Assembly (NCBI RefSeq): GCF_009834535.1
Contig: NC_045696.1
Span: 88,538,001 to 88,602,000 of the forward strand
Reading direction: 5' to 3'
DNA from: Camelus ferus
Lineage: Eukaryota
DNA length: 64,000 nucleotides
Shown here: piece after piece, positions 1 through 13,777 of the stretch
Layout of the letters: every line of letters starts with the position of its first letter
Numbering within the stretch: position 1 is the first letter of the stretch
Translations under genes and position numbers: made by a program
The notes under the pieces: model-generated
Told to the model about the DNA's origin: nothing
The model's database searches: none
The model's input: the letters and a program-made list of their open reading frames with translations, nothing else

Positions 1-369
1 TTCCTTCTTTATTCCTTTTCTCTCATCTATTGCCTGAGTTCTTGCACCCTCTGCTCTAACTTCTCTTGGAGGCAGGCCCTCTTTAGAATTATATTCACGT
101 GCATGGTTGGAGCCGGAGAATCACCTGACACGTGAGTCTAACTCCGCGCAGGAAGGCTACAGAATTCACACTAATTAATTCATACTGTAGGTCGATAGCT
201 TTATTGTGATGAGTCTTGTAGGGAGAGTTTGAAAGTTATTTTACACTCTTCTATGCCTTGAATGGAAAGTTGTTTGGAAGAGCTCTAGGTGTGCAGAGAC
301 ATGTGCGGGTCAAACTACGAGACCTGCCATACACTGTCCAGTCTCCGGGCTCACTCCTTGGCGTAGATA

Positions 370-515
370 ATCTCTTTCATCCTAACAGCTTATGAGGTAT
401 TATTATCCCCATTTTACGCATGATAAAGCTGACATTAAGAGACTGGCCCAAGGTCATGCAGCTGGTAAGGGACAGAACTTACCCAGTAGGTTGCCAGAGT
501 ATCGCTTTCAACCTT
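370..515 (-). mobile_element. MIR SINE fragment
   Basis: Reverse complement of the MIR core: 'attatccccattttacgcatga...cccaaggtcatgcagctggtaag'. Confidence 0.8.
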
Positions 516-3500
516 GGAGCAGGCTGTCGCTAGCCCACAGTTATTGTTTTTGTGTAAACCAGAAAAAGATACCTCTTTCTTAAGACACTTTACTACCATC
601 TCCATCAAATGGCCATAGTACATGTTTAAGTTGACAATGACCTCAGTGTGAACGGTGCCTCCTAGTCAAACAGGCACCACGATGTGGGTAACTCTGCTTC
701 TAGGCCATACCCTGCTCCCGCCCACCCCAGGAAGGAAGGACCATGGAAGAGGCTTATTCAATGAGGAATCTCAGCAGAACAGTACATTATACGTGTTCTA
801 CATCACACAGAGACAGGTGGCAGCCCGAGTCCAACCTGAAGGGTTAACATTGACAGCAGCACACCTGAGGCCACAGCTGAGTGTTAGAGGACACATTAAG
901 GCCTTCTTACACCAAGACCTGAAGTACTAGGATGGCAAACTATCTTTGTGGGTTTCCAAATAGCAGGAGTAGTGACAGGACACACTGTATACGGAGGGAG
1001 GCTTATGTGAGGCCCCAGCCCCACCCATGGCAGCTCCCTGGGTCTTCCTTTGCCACCTCAGCTTCCCCTCATCACATGATGAAGGGCAGAGAGGCAGAAA
1101 TAACATTCTGTGTGAAAAAAAGTCTTACAAATTATAATTTTTTCTCCATCTAAGATTTTTGCATAAGCAAAAATGTCAACCATTGACTGACACTGGCTGA
1201 ATGTGAGGCAATTAACTTAATGACAAATTTTATCATTTTAAACTCTAGTGCTGGGGAGTCTAATTCCAGATTTTGATATATGTGGGCTCTTCCTCAGCAA
1301 ACATACAGTAATTAATAAAATGACTAGAAGAAATAAGAAACGGTGTACAAGTGCCAGAAAGGTCTTTTGTGCAAATGAAGTGTGACACCTTAAATAAGAA
1401 AAATAACCTGTTTAATGAGGTGGGGGATAGAGGGAGAGAAAAGGTCATAATTCAAGCTTTTAAAATCTGATGGAGTATTCATGAAACGTTCACACTTCAC
1501 CTAAGTTAAAATATAGACGCGTCATCTGATGCTCTTGAACGCCATTTTGAAACTGAAATGTTCCTTGACATCACATTTCAATTGCGGCAATAATAATGTT
1601 TATTTCATTCTTAAGTGTGGCCTGTGGACCCCCTTCTAATCCTTTCTTTTCAGTTACGGGTTAAAGAGAGTCCCTTCCTATTCAACTGACCACATGCATC
1701 GGGGAGTATTAGAAAACCACGACAGGTCCTCTTACTGCAGGAGACCTGCCTCTAGTCTCCGGCATGACTATTTTTAGGTACAAGCAAGCACTCAAGCTTT
1801 TTTGAAGCTCATTAACATACTTCTCATAACTCTTGCTGACATTTAGTTCAGATGATAACATGCCACTGAAATTAATTTATAATTACATAATCACAACCTG
1901 GATTCTAAGACTAGTACCTTTTCATGGTAAATAAAATTAATTTCATGGTTCTTTGATTCTTCTTACATAAGCCAGAGATGCACTGGCTATATTTTCATGT
2001 CTTCCTGGTATCTGAGGAGTCTTCAGTGAGAGATCTCATCTCCCTTTAGGATTCCCAGCAATTTACAAGGACTGCTTCTGTATCTTTATGAATGCTAGGG
2101 AGCGGGGAAAATAGGAACTTCTGAAATTGAGCTTTATTAAATGGTGCGTTTGCTTTTTAATAAAACGTGGAGAGAGAAAAGGGGAGAAGCTGGAAATGAG
2201 AGGTGCAGCCTGATTCATCCGGTGTTTAACAGAGAATTGCACTTTCTTTGACCTTTTTTTCTCAGCACAGAATCAACCCTTTCCCTCTTGTTTCAATTAA
2301 AAACAAACCTAGTCTTGGAGGTTACTAAGTTATCTTTATTTAGATTGCCATAAAGCTATCAATCTATTTATATATATGTGTGTTGGAAGGATGACATTTG
2401 GAGATAGTAATGGAAGTCCCTGCCCCATTGTGTGTATGTGACCCTCTTTCATTCAATCTGAGGCACTCATTGTCCCAGGGAGGATTAGGATCACTGTCGC
2501 TGAAGTGTACAGCCAAGAAAGTTGTCATGTCAGCTCTTGAGTTGCAAGGAGATTGGAAACTTATAAAGAGACGATATTGTCAAGAGAAAAGTCTTTTTGA
2601 GCATCCATCAATCTTGGTTCTGGACTAAACCACAGGCGTATCAGGATGGAGAGATTTTTCCTGCCCATGAGTCCTCTCTTTCTGCTCCCCTGACACATAA
2701 GGCTGGGCAGGCAGGACGTGGTGATGGAGAGAGTTGGAGGGAAGACATAGAGAAAAACAAGAGGGAGTCTTTGTTGTGTGGTTCTCCAAGAATTACATGG
2801 AGCTCAAAGCAAGGAGACCTAGTCCTTGCTTTCCAGGGCAGAGCCCAAGAAATCATAAGCCTTTGCCCCAGTAAGGAGAGGCAACGGCTGAATGAGCAGC
2901 TCACTTCGGCAGTTTAGTGGGAAGCAGAGAGAGCAGCTGAGATCTGCTGGGCTTTCCCCGAGGGAGGAATGGCAACTCAGGAGCTTCAGAGCCTTCCAAC
3001 CACAGGTCCTGGAGACCCCGGGTCATCCCAGCAGATGCCAGGATAGTAACTACATCCTGACACTTAGATCATCCCTGGGGAAAAGTGAGGTGAACACACA
3101 AAATCAACTTGGTATTTACACATAAGAACATGAGGAAAAATCAGGAAATTGCAGCACATACCTGGAAACAAATACAGCAAGATTTTAGTAACAGATCCAA
3201 TATGGACTCAAAATCTGCTAACTTCAGTTCTATTGAGACAAATTAAGTTATATTTCAACATGTTTATTTTGTAGCTTTGCTGTGTGTGTATGTGTGTGCG
3301 TGTGCACGCCTGCCTGTCTGTTGCACATTACATGCCTTAAATTTTACCCTGGCCTAGAGAGTATGAAATTTAATTTTTATAATGCTACAGCCAGGACCAA
3401 CAATGTTTGCTAACCAAATAAGACTTCCCTGGCCATTGAGTTAGTTAACGTATATCTGTTACTGAAGAATTCCAGCTGGATGGAAAGAGTCTCCAAAGCC

Positions 3501-3569
3501 CAATTTGTCCTTGTGAAGCATGCCATTGGCAGGCTTGGCAGTCACACATAAATTATTTTCAGATGATCT

Positions 3570-4142
3570 TGATACAGGAAAAATGGGGCACGAGAAGTTG
3601 GCCATGTCCCAGGTCTCAGGCCAGTCCCTGGGAGGCGCTAAGCCAAGGGAGGGTCTTTGGCTTTGTGCAGGAAAGAATTCAAGAGCGAGCCGCAGTTGAG
3701 TGAAGGTAGACTTACTCAGAAAGATACACACTCTATAGACAGAGTGTAGGCCATCTCAGAAGGTCAGTGAGGCCATGAGGGATTGGGGGTGTTTAGTTTA
3801 AAGTAAAAGTAGATACACAATCCATAAGCAGAATTTGGGCCATCTCGAGAGGCAAGAGGTGAGAGGTGACAGCCTCAGAACATGGGGTTGTCTAGGAAAG
3901 TGAGATCAGTCATGAGGTGTGGGGGTGGTTAGTTTTTATGGGCTTGGAACTGTCATGGTGCCTGTGGGTGCCATTTAGCATACTAATATTTTACAATAAG
4001 TGTATGTTGAAGCTCAAGGTCTACTGGGAGTTGAATCTCCTGCCATCTTGGGCCTAGTTGGTTCTAACCAGCTTATGTTGTATCCTCAATTGCTGTGTCA
4101 TTCTTTCAATGGTTGGGCCCTGCCCTCTTCTCTCCTGTTTTA
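3570..4142 (-). mobile_element. ERV1-class solo LTR
   Basis: Starts TGATACAGG and ends CCTGTTTTA (imperfect terminal inverted repeat). Flanked by a 4-bp direct repeat ATCT (3566-3569, 4143-4146). About 570 bp, with ERV1-LTR-like 'gaattcaagagcgagcc'. Strand inferred from motif recall. Confidence 0.75.
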
Positions 4143-4564
4143 ATCTTTTCCATCCAAACAGAACACAATCACTTATATCCCCATTTAAAGGGATAAAATA
4201 AAAGTTGCACAATTATGTTCATTTAGGATAAATAAAGCCAAATCTAATCATGGGCCGATGTGATCCAATAATTATTAATTCTTCAGCTTGCTTTCAAAAC
4301 TGACTCTAAAGCTGTGTCTCCAGGAAGGCTGCTGCCTCAAAGATCTGATAAAATCCTGACTTTAATTCCATCTGGCCCATCTGGACACAGCAAAAAGTGA
4401 TATCCTATCTATACATCTACAAGTGAGAAAATACAACCATGTTACTTCATGAAAATGACCCTCTTTCTCTATCCCACCTCTATCTCCTGCACCTAATAAT
4501 ATAAGATTGGATATGTGTGTGTGTGCATGCACATGTGTGTTGACTAGTTTTATGTTTTTTGTTC

Positions 4565-4880
4565 CCTTATTCAGTGTCTACTTGTGCAAATAACTAGGTT
4601 TAGTACTGGAACAATAAAGATGAACAAGATATAGTTCTTAATCCCAGGCACTTCCTGCCTAATGGCAAGATGGAACCAGACCCTTAGAATCCAGCATAGT
4701 AAACGCTATGGCAGTGTCATAAGAGCCTGGGTATGAGGATTGCGGTGACAGCAGAGAGGATAACTGGGAAGAAGTGAGACCTTAACTCTCTCTTGAAGAC
4801 GTAACAGGATAAGGAATTTGCCTAGCCTAATAGGGTTTTTTTTGGCACAGAGGAGGAGGTAAAGAAAGAATCTACAGGAT
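4565..4880 (-). mobile_element. L2 LINE 3' fragment
   Basis: 'ttattcagtgtctacttgtgc...aaagatgaacaagatatagttc' resembles the reverse complement of the L2 3' end. Confidence 0.6.
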
Positions 4881-4959
4881 AAAAATGAATGAAAAGAATA
4901 GCTCGCTACAAGGGATTTCTTTATATTCACTTGAAAATGAAGAACAGAAAAATATATTT

Positions 4960-5410
4960 GTTTATACACCTTGACTCAATAATGCCAATTCTTGAATTTT
5001 ACCCTAAGGAAATAATCAGAGATGTGCACAGGCTTCATATATATGGACTGACCTCATATAATTAATTAACAATAAAACAACAGAAATAACCAAAATGAGT
5101 AGATGTACATGTATCATGAAATATTCAAATAATGAAGTACTATATGGACATTAAATACAGTGTTTCTGAAGAATCTATTGTGGGAAAGTGCTCATAAGTG
5201 AAAAATAAAACTGTACTTAAAGTTTCTTTACAATATATTACATTAGCATTTTACTTGAAAAACTGTATATAAAATATTATTCTAATTTCATTTACTTCAA
5301 TAAATACATATAGTATAAATATATGCAGAAGAATATTAGAATGAAACAAAAAGAGATAAGTTATTACATGTTGATTTAAAATTTTTTAAAAAGATTTTTC
5401 TAAATTTTCT
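4960..5410 (+). mobile_element. Ancient L1 (L1ME-like) 3' fragment
   Basis: 'ttgactcaataatgccaattcttgaattttaccctaaggaaataatcagagatgtgcaca' is typical of the old L1M ORF2 end and 3'UTR. Confidence 0.6.
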
Positions 5411-6069
5411 ACATTCAGTGGGACTCATTTACAGAAGTTATTTCACTTTAACCAAATTCAGTGCTTTTTACTTTGGTGTTCCTTGAGGTTAGTCATTTTC
5501 AGCCTTCCTACTGTACTGAGGGTCTTCTGCCACAGTCTGCGATGACTTGTCTGGATTTTTTTGTCGAGCTCTTTGATTTTCCTCACTGAACTAAGCTGCC
5601 ATTTTAGTAACAAGACTGAGGCTATGCCTCCCCTGTTTCCATTTTGGCCAATGTAATTCCAGGGAAAGAAGGAACAGTGTCAGAGGGACTGCTGGCCCCA
5701 GACTCATCACGGGTAGGGCCCAGAAAGCGCCAGGTTTGTGACACCACACTTGTGTGACACTACCATGTGACATGATTAGATGCTGCTGCCCAGAAAGGGA
5801 CAAGGGATGACCACAGAGGGCAGAGGGCAGCAGGCACAGGCTGATTATGACACACTTCCTGCACCGGAAGCCTTGACCAGGGAAAGCCAGTCCCCTAGGC
5901 AGCAGGTGGTGAGTCTATTTTTGCTTTGGGCCATGGCTGAGTGGGTGCCACATTACAGGAAGTGAGGCTTATGGGAGGTGGGGGGCAGGGACAAAGGAAG
6001 AGGAGCCTCAGGATGCCAGAATCCCAAGTCACAAAGGGAAATGTCATTCACTAAAGAAGCAACAGTGGA

Positions 6070-6290
6070 CCAGGCACTCTACTTGCTGCTCACACATGCT
6101 TGATCTCGTTTAGTTTTACAAAAATCCTGCAAGTTTATTTGTTGTATAATAATGTTGCTATTATTATTATGATTATCATCATCGTCATCCCTCCATTCTA
6201 CAGATAAGGAACAAGAGGCTCACCAAGGTCTCACAGCTTCTGAGTAGAAGAGCTGGAATTTGAACCCAGGTCTGACACCATCAATCAGGC
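6070..6290 (-). mobile_element. MIR SINE
   Basis: 'ccattctacagataaggaacaagaggctc...caaggtctcacagc...tttgaacccaggtctgac'. Confidence 0.75.
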
Positions 6291-7821
6291 TTTAAAATTT
6301 TTTCTCTAAGAAAATGTCATCAGGAGGGTGGCAAGGAAGCAGTCAGTTTTGCCAGCAAATAGCTTTATTTGAGGATTCTTTAAAGTTTATATTTGCTTCC
6401 ACTGAAGAGCAGTACAGGGCAACATACAAACCAGATATTCAAAGAAATCTTTCTGGTACATATAGTATAGGGTGTATAGGTACAGTATACAAGTGATGTA
6501 TCAAATACAAAAAAAAAATTTTTTTTTAAATTCATGGCTGAACTGGAAGATAAGTATGTGATTTTCTTGGAGGCTAGAAACAATACAGTGAAAAGCCCAA
6601 GGAGTGAGGAAGCAGAGCTTCTCAGTTTGGAAACACCATCGGACATACACCCTCTCCCGAGTCCCTGAGGCTAAGCTGCTTTGAAGGAAGGCGGCCCTGG
6701 GGTATTTAAGGATGTACTGTTTCCAGTGCATCAGAGAGAGGGTTGGATGGTTTTCTGAGTTTTCGAGGTAATATCAAATACTTCTTCCAATGACCCTGAA
6801 TGATGTCATTAATTTTCATTTATCAAATAAGGCAACAGGCTCAGAGACTATGATTGGTGGCTGGTTTGCAATGAAACCAGACCTTAAGCTGCATTTCAGC
6901 TGCTCAGTCTAGGACTCCGGGCACCTCCCCAGAACTGGGGTATATTCCAGGATGCTAGCTTGAGCCTCTGTTGAATAAAACCTAAAGGCTCATGTTTTTC
7001 GAGTGTTCAAAGGAAGGCTTCCTCAGCAGTCAGATGTCGAAGGGTTTAAATGGACCCTTAAGGCATCAGCTATCAGAACATAAAGGAGCTGGCCAGGTCG
7101 GTTAGGAACAAGATTCTATCATTAACTAGAGAACACCGGGTTCTAAGTAGGTCCCCTCTTGACCCCCAAGCTGTTTAACGTGTGTACTGCGGGAGGCATC
7201 TCTTGAACCAAAAAATAAGAACACTTCAAGGGGCATAACCTCCATTTACCTCAACACTACTCTCGGGATCGCTGGAAAGTCCTCCCTCTGGTTGAAGCTT
7301 CTCACAGCCCCACTGCCCTTTTGGGCCCACCCAACGTTGAACAGTCTTCTGAAGATATTTTTTTTTCACTTGTGCCCACTCTGATTTCCAGGCAAATGTA
7401 ATGAAGTCAACCTCTGACTTGAATAGATAGCAAGGGTTTAAACATTAAGCGTGATTCATGTAACCGAATTTTGTTTAGGGCTCCTCCAGGTGGAATGTTT
7501 CTCTCTACCTATCTTACTTCTGCGAGTTCCTGAATAAGCAAAAAGTTTGTAGGAGCCTCACTCACACAGGGTTGGCTGTGGCTTACAGACAGCACAAAGC
7601 GGCCAGGCAACAGGGACCTGGGGGTGGGAGAGCATCTCAGCATGGGGCTCCTGAGTTGGTCTGGCCTCAAACAGCCCCTGAAGGAGTTCTGAACCCCAGG
7701 GGGGCACTGTCTTGACTTGCTGGGTTTCTGCCACTCTGGCTGCAACAAGATTCTGGCTGAGTTTATAAATGATGCTTACCTAGCCTCTGAACCCCTCTGC
7801 TAGCCAGCCTGCAGGCTAAAA

Positions 7822-8080
7822 TTATTCATTCATTTAGCAGGCTTTTAACAAGCACTTTCTGCTAAGGCATTCTGATGCGAGCCAGGGGCTCAGGAAAAAA
7901 AAAGATGCAGTCCCTAAGTGAAGTCACAGTTTAATGGGGGTGTCAGAGGGAAGAAGACAGAAAAATGATTCTATTATGGTTGAAGTTGAGAGAGGCAAGC
8001 CACCGAAACCCATCTACAATCATGAGGAGCAGATATTTGAGCTGAGTTTTGCCTGATCAATTGGAATTAGCCAAAGTTGC
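7822..8080 (-). mobile_element. L2 3' fragment
   Basis: 'attcattcatttagcag...cagtccct..aagtcacagtttaatgggg...tttgagctgagttttg'. Confidence 0.55.
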
Positions 8081-10034
8081 TGGGGAGGGAGCTTGGACTG
8101 GGTGTGCGTGGATGCTCTATGCTTGTGAGTGCATGGGGTGCGGGGAGTTGAATAAATAAATGAATTAAAGGTTTTTTTTTCTCTCTTCTATACTTGAGAA
8201 AGATTTTTGAAATATCCTTTTAATATGATGATGCCTAGGACATCTGATTTAACATGCGTCCAGATATGTCAAATCTCAATATGGAAATTAGTGACATTAA
8301 GAAATGTCAAAACTCTCAAACATCACTGAGTTGCAGATATGATTATATAGACCCAGGAGCTATTTAAGAAAATCATGCTTAGGAAAAAAACATAGAGAAG
8401 CAAATTCCCAACCTGACTTTAGAATGTTCACAAATCATCCATATGGAATTTTCTGATTGCTTAATTAATAGTAAAGACTTTCACCATATGCTATAGTGCT
8501 CAATTTCAGCACTGTAGATAGTAAATTACTGTACTTAATTTTCTCTTGCTCTATTTTCAGTTCACATGTTTAACCTTATGGAGAGTTAGGGAATGTATTC
8601 CTCTTGCTCAGTTGCCAATTTAAACTGACGTGGAATGGGAAATTCCCAGCCCTGAAGAACTTAAATTAAGAACACACGTCATGTCAGTCCCTTGGTACGA
8701 TGGCTGAATGACACTCAGCTGAGGAGTTCTGAAAAAGGAGCATTTGAGCACTACTTACTAATTAAATCTCTGAAGCTGTGATTCAGAAACAATTCTAAAA
8801 CTGAGCATTTTACTTTAAAATTTTGAATAAAAAATGCTGAACTGTCACTCCTTAAAAGAAATAACTTAATGTAAAGAAGAAAGTAAAGGTTATCCAGGCA
8901 TAGGATGTATTTTATTAAGCCCCAAGCAACTGGCCAGCCATCACTTTTCAAAGCATGATCATGAACTCTGGCAAATTCCTGCTGCCTGAGAAAGGGAACA
9001 CAAATGGAACAACTCACCTTAGACCCAAACCTGGTAGATTTATACTCAGTTTCCAAAGGGAGTGTATGTTGCTGGGGATCCAGAACCAGCTTTCTGGAAG
9101 TCAACTTTTAAAGATCCAAAGGCTTGCGGAAATCAGATTTTAGCATTTATATTGGAGAAGTTTATTGAATTCAGGCTCCATTTTGCTCAGCAGATGGGAA
9201 GCAGTTTTGTTCAGCGCTTTCTACTTGAATTTACCAAATGGTAGAAGTTATATATTATTATTTAAAATGTGAGGTACGAGCCTCATAAAATTCCAAGAGA
9301 AACCGAACCTTGGAAGTTTCAATGCTAAAATAGCTTCAGATGAAAAAAACCCATGCCCCCTCCTTGCTGCTTCCTCACTCAGTCACCCTGCTTTCTAAGA
9401 GGGCAGAGCGCTGGATCACTTTTCCAGGAGAGTCCTCAGGGCTGTCTTTTAATTGGTGAAAGGCAATTCTGAAGAAAATGGAAGACTTTAACATGATTTT
9501 CAGGCTAATTACTGAGGAGGAGAGACTGGATTATAACACACACCAAGAAGATGTGCTTATAATAAAGAGTAAAAAGGTATTGGGATGGAATCAATTTTGC
9601 TTTTTAAAAGAAAAATAAAACTCTCAACCATATTTACAGTCATATACAACCTACACCAGCCCTCTGTTGTAAATTTACGTGAGGTGGTGTGACTTAGCCT
9701 CTCGCTGAAGGAATGGACACAAGAAAGTCACTTACATTCTCGGCAGGAAAAATGGGCTTGTCACATTTCTTTTTAGTCTTAAAATCATGGATCTCTGCTC
9801 TGAAAGCAGAATTAAATGCACGTGGAATGCCCTGACTGATGACCACAGTTGATAATGACTAGGCAAAGAGACGGAAGGTAACATGAAAAAAAAGAAAAAA
9901 AAAAAGGATAAACATGACGAAATGCATACTCAGTATCACAAACTCCTCCAAGCTCTGCGATACTTAACTAGCACCTGGCTTAGCTCAACCAAACTCTATG
10001 ACTATCTCTGTAAAAGTCACCATTTACTGAAAGA

Positions 10035-10270
10035 TAGTAATAGCTCATTTATTGAGTGCTTACTCAGTATCAAGCATTGTTCTAAGTGGTTTAAATGTAT
10101 TAATTCACATAGTCCTCACAGCACCTCTATTAATGATACTCTCATTATCCCCACCTTACAAATGGAGGAACTAAGACACAAAGAGGTTAAGTAACTTGCC
10201 CATGGTCACCTAGGGAAAAGATGGGACTTGAACTCAGGCACCCTGGATGGAACGTTCACACTATTAACTT
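10035..10270 (-). mobile_element. MIR SINE, near full length
   Basis: 'catttattgagtgcttac...attatccccaccttacaaatggaggaactaagacacaaagaggttaagtaacttgcc'. Confidence 0.85.
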
Positions 10271-13200
10271 CACAAGGGCCTGATCTTCTGTACTTAAATA
10301 TAAATCTTTAGTGTCCAGTTGGTCCCTGTATTACTATTCCATACGTGCACTCACAATCAGCCATCCCCCACAGGTGAACAAGTTAGCAATAAAGACATGT
10401 CAAGTCAGGAAGTATATCATATGAAGAGGATGGTCAGGGAGATCTCTGTACACCACCACTGACTCAGATAATTGACAATGTCCCAAAAGTAGTTCTGTAT
10501 TTAGGACTGATTAGATTCTGATTTTCCTCCTTCTTAGGAAACCTGAGTCCTAGCTTGATTCAGACTTACTGGTATACCACTTCCCTTTTATTTCTGTGGC
10601 TTCTGGTGAAGAAAATAAAAGAGAACATCACAGGTACAGCCTATTAACCAGAGACAACCAAGAAATGCTGAAGTCAGCTGGTGGACTACCACGACCCTTT
10701 CCGAGTATGTTAGACCATAAATCAAAAAGCACCACAAAAGAGACTAAAGTGTTCAACACTGAAGGATGTCCTGAAGACAGCAAAATCATCCGTTAGGAGT
10801 GTCCTGGAACTGAGAAAATGGAACCATTTGTAGAGTCACTTTAACTCTGGTGTTCCTAGCAAGAATCGCCATTAATATCTATCCACGACATGGTTTTATT
10901 TACTTGAGAAATAAACCAATCATTCTGACATGAGGTAAGGTTTAGCCTTGTACGTCTCCCATTTGTGTCATTTAATCTTGCACCTCCTATTCTTTTTATT
11001 CATTCTTTCAGCAAATATTTCTCTATCAACAGCAACGAGAAGTATCTTGCCTTCCAATGATGAGCTACGACAGGCCCACTCTGCTTCTGAAGACAGTCAA
11101 AACCACTTTCTACAGACTTAAAAGCAACGCTTACTTCTCTCAGAATTAGCTCTTTCCTCTGTGGCCAAGGGGCCCTGTACCACACCAACCATGAACATTC
11201 TACACATGTGACATCAAGTTTGAGAACTTCCTGTATTGCCTTTAGTTTACGTTACAAGCAGAAGCAAGCTCAGGCAAAACTGAGATGGCCTGATTTTTGT
11301 CTCAAAGGATCTCATCCTCTCGCTCCTCCCAGGGGTTGGCGGTGCGGCTGGGGTGAGGGCCCTAACCACATCCCCCAGCACCCAACACTTTAAGGTTTTT
11401 CTCTCCTGAGGCACCCTACTCAGGTCTCTTTCTCACAAGCAATGCTCCAAGCCTCCAAAACCTCCCATTTTCCTACCCTTTCCCTCCCACCCCAACCCCC
11501 TCTTCGGGATTTCTATTACTTTGGTTTGAGGATCCTAGGTGTTCGAGGAACGCTGAATTAACAGAAACCTGGTGTACTAACACAAGGTCAGGAATCTGCA
11601 ATGGCAGCAGTTCAGGGATTGTCATATGCTAATAGGAGATGTGTATTTGAACAAGGAAACTTTTTCTTTTTCAAGGTATATCAGGTAGGTGATGACTAAC
11701 TCCATTTATGTGTAAGGACAGCCCTTATAATAATAAAATTTTAAGTCATTTTGGGTGTTCACAAATTGCTCGGGGGTGGAACAATGAACCAAAGTGAGAG
11801 CAGGAACTCTTTGAAATACTGGAATACCCAATCCAACAGGATAGAATGTAGAAATTTCATTGCTGCCACTTATGGGGAAAGGGACTGGCCTACTTGAACC
11901 ATTTGGAAAAGTACTTTTAAAAATTGGCCTCCTGTGTTCAAGCCCTACAATAAAATGGGCTGGGGGAAGACGGGAGGGAGAAGGGAGACAAGGAGAAAAG
12001 GCCACTTCTGTTAGACTTTGCTCTCTTCCCCATCTCCCCCTAGGCAGAGGAAGATGCTACTGATGTGCCCGGCTGCCCCATTTCACACTCCGTGGCGCCT
12101 AGAGAAAAGCTGTTTGGGATTCACCCGCACCATCAGCAGGTGAGCTAAACTGGCTGAACCCGCATCACAGAGTGTTGCTGTTGCTGCCTCAGGATACAGA
12201 ACACATGGCTGCCATCAACAAAAACAAGGAAGAGCTGTTCTGCCAGCGTGTGATGGAAAGGACACGAGCTTTAGATCAGACAACTTGGCTTCACAGTCCG
12301 GCTAAATGCCCCCAGGCAAATGAACCAGGCTCTCTTGTTTTCAGCAATACATAGCAAGGTCTAAGAAATCACCTGGCACATAGTACTCAGTGGTTGTTTG
12401 TTCCCTGTGGCTTTCTTTCCAGGTCACTACAAGGTTATCCTAACCCCTATGCTTGGCTTGCACCTGTGGTATCTTCCTGAACTTTCTGCCTTAACTGCAC
12501 CTGACCTTTGCCTAATCAGACGGATAAAGGACATCTGATTGCTTCTTGGTGCTTCTCAGAAATACAAGCTTCTTACCTGCCTGAATTTCTGCCAGAAGGG
12601 ACCCCAGCGGTCGTCTAGCCTGTGGTTACAGCTTATCAAGGTACTGAAACTGAACGGGGTGAAGCATTGTGGGTCTCCACTTCAGGAGGGAGGCTAGGCA
12701 GAGGTATTTAGATAATCTTGCCTAAGATTAGAACAGTCCTTTAACTTAGAAGTCTTGTCTGACACCTCATTCCTTTTCTAAGGGCTGGTGGATTACACTA
12801 AAGGAGTGACCTCAGGAAACTTTCCTTTTTGGCTCAAGGAATGCTGTTTCTATAGCCTGTGTTGTGATTAGAATATAGTAAGTATGTTAGGGACTGCCTT
12901 TCTTTTATTTCACGTAACTTAGGATTTTGATATACAAATGCTGTTTATGGGGAAGGACATATATTAGCTTTGAAAAACACATTTGGAAGCAAAAATATTG
13001 GAAGCCTGGGCCCATCCAGAAGTCTGACCCTAACTGTGGTCCTCTAAATACCCCAGTTCCCACTTCGGTATCTCTTGATAATTGTTGTGACTCTAACGGG
13101 GACAGGCGGTGCTGGCTGACTGGGAAATGGGGGAGGTTATTGTAAAATGGAAACCAGGAGAGTCGTAAGGTTTTGTCTGAGACAGGCGTGGAACAGCTCA

Positions 13201-13777
13201 TAGCGTGCACCCACGGTATCGGCGGGCATGAGGTCAGTTTCCCAAGCCTCCAAGGGCTAGCTTGGCCAGGCTTTCCTCTGTGGAGGCCACAAGGTGGCCG
13301 GGGGTACTGACACCAGGAATATAATCAAGCACACCCTGTTATTACAGCCACTGAGGCAGAGAGGTTTAAGGTGCACTCTTTTGGTTTCTCTTGTCAGTAT
13401 TTCCCTATAGCCTAGGGAGGGGGAAATTCCCCGGGCTGTGTTAGCGGAGGGGAGATGGTTCCCACAAAGTGGTAGGTATAAAAAGGAGCTCCTGGAGGTA
13501 GTGATAAACAGCAAAGTCAAGAGAAAATGGTAATACGTTAAAATTCTCTTTTTAGGCTAAGACGAACGTAACTCAGAGATTATTTTGAAGCGTCTATTAG
13601 ACTTTCAAGATACTTTTGATGTTAATAGTGGAAACTAAAACTATCCTGCCTTCATGTAGCTTTCTTAAAGTTTAAAAGTGCTTTCATGTACCTTTATTTA
13701 TTTGAATTTTATGACAACCTTATAAGGCATGCAGCCTGACTTTGTACAATTCCGTTTTGGCATCATTAATGGAAATA

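Noticed and set aside
2560..3080. Possible old LTR or exon in a purine-rich block with overlapping ORFs
   Set aside because: No termini, TSD, family motif or credible splice-bounded coding frame that I could support.
7692..7710. CTCF motif candidate (ccccaggggggcact)
   Set aside because: Spacing does not fit the core consensus; too weak without a PWM scan or ChIP data.
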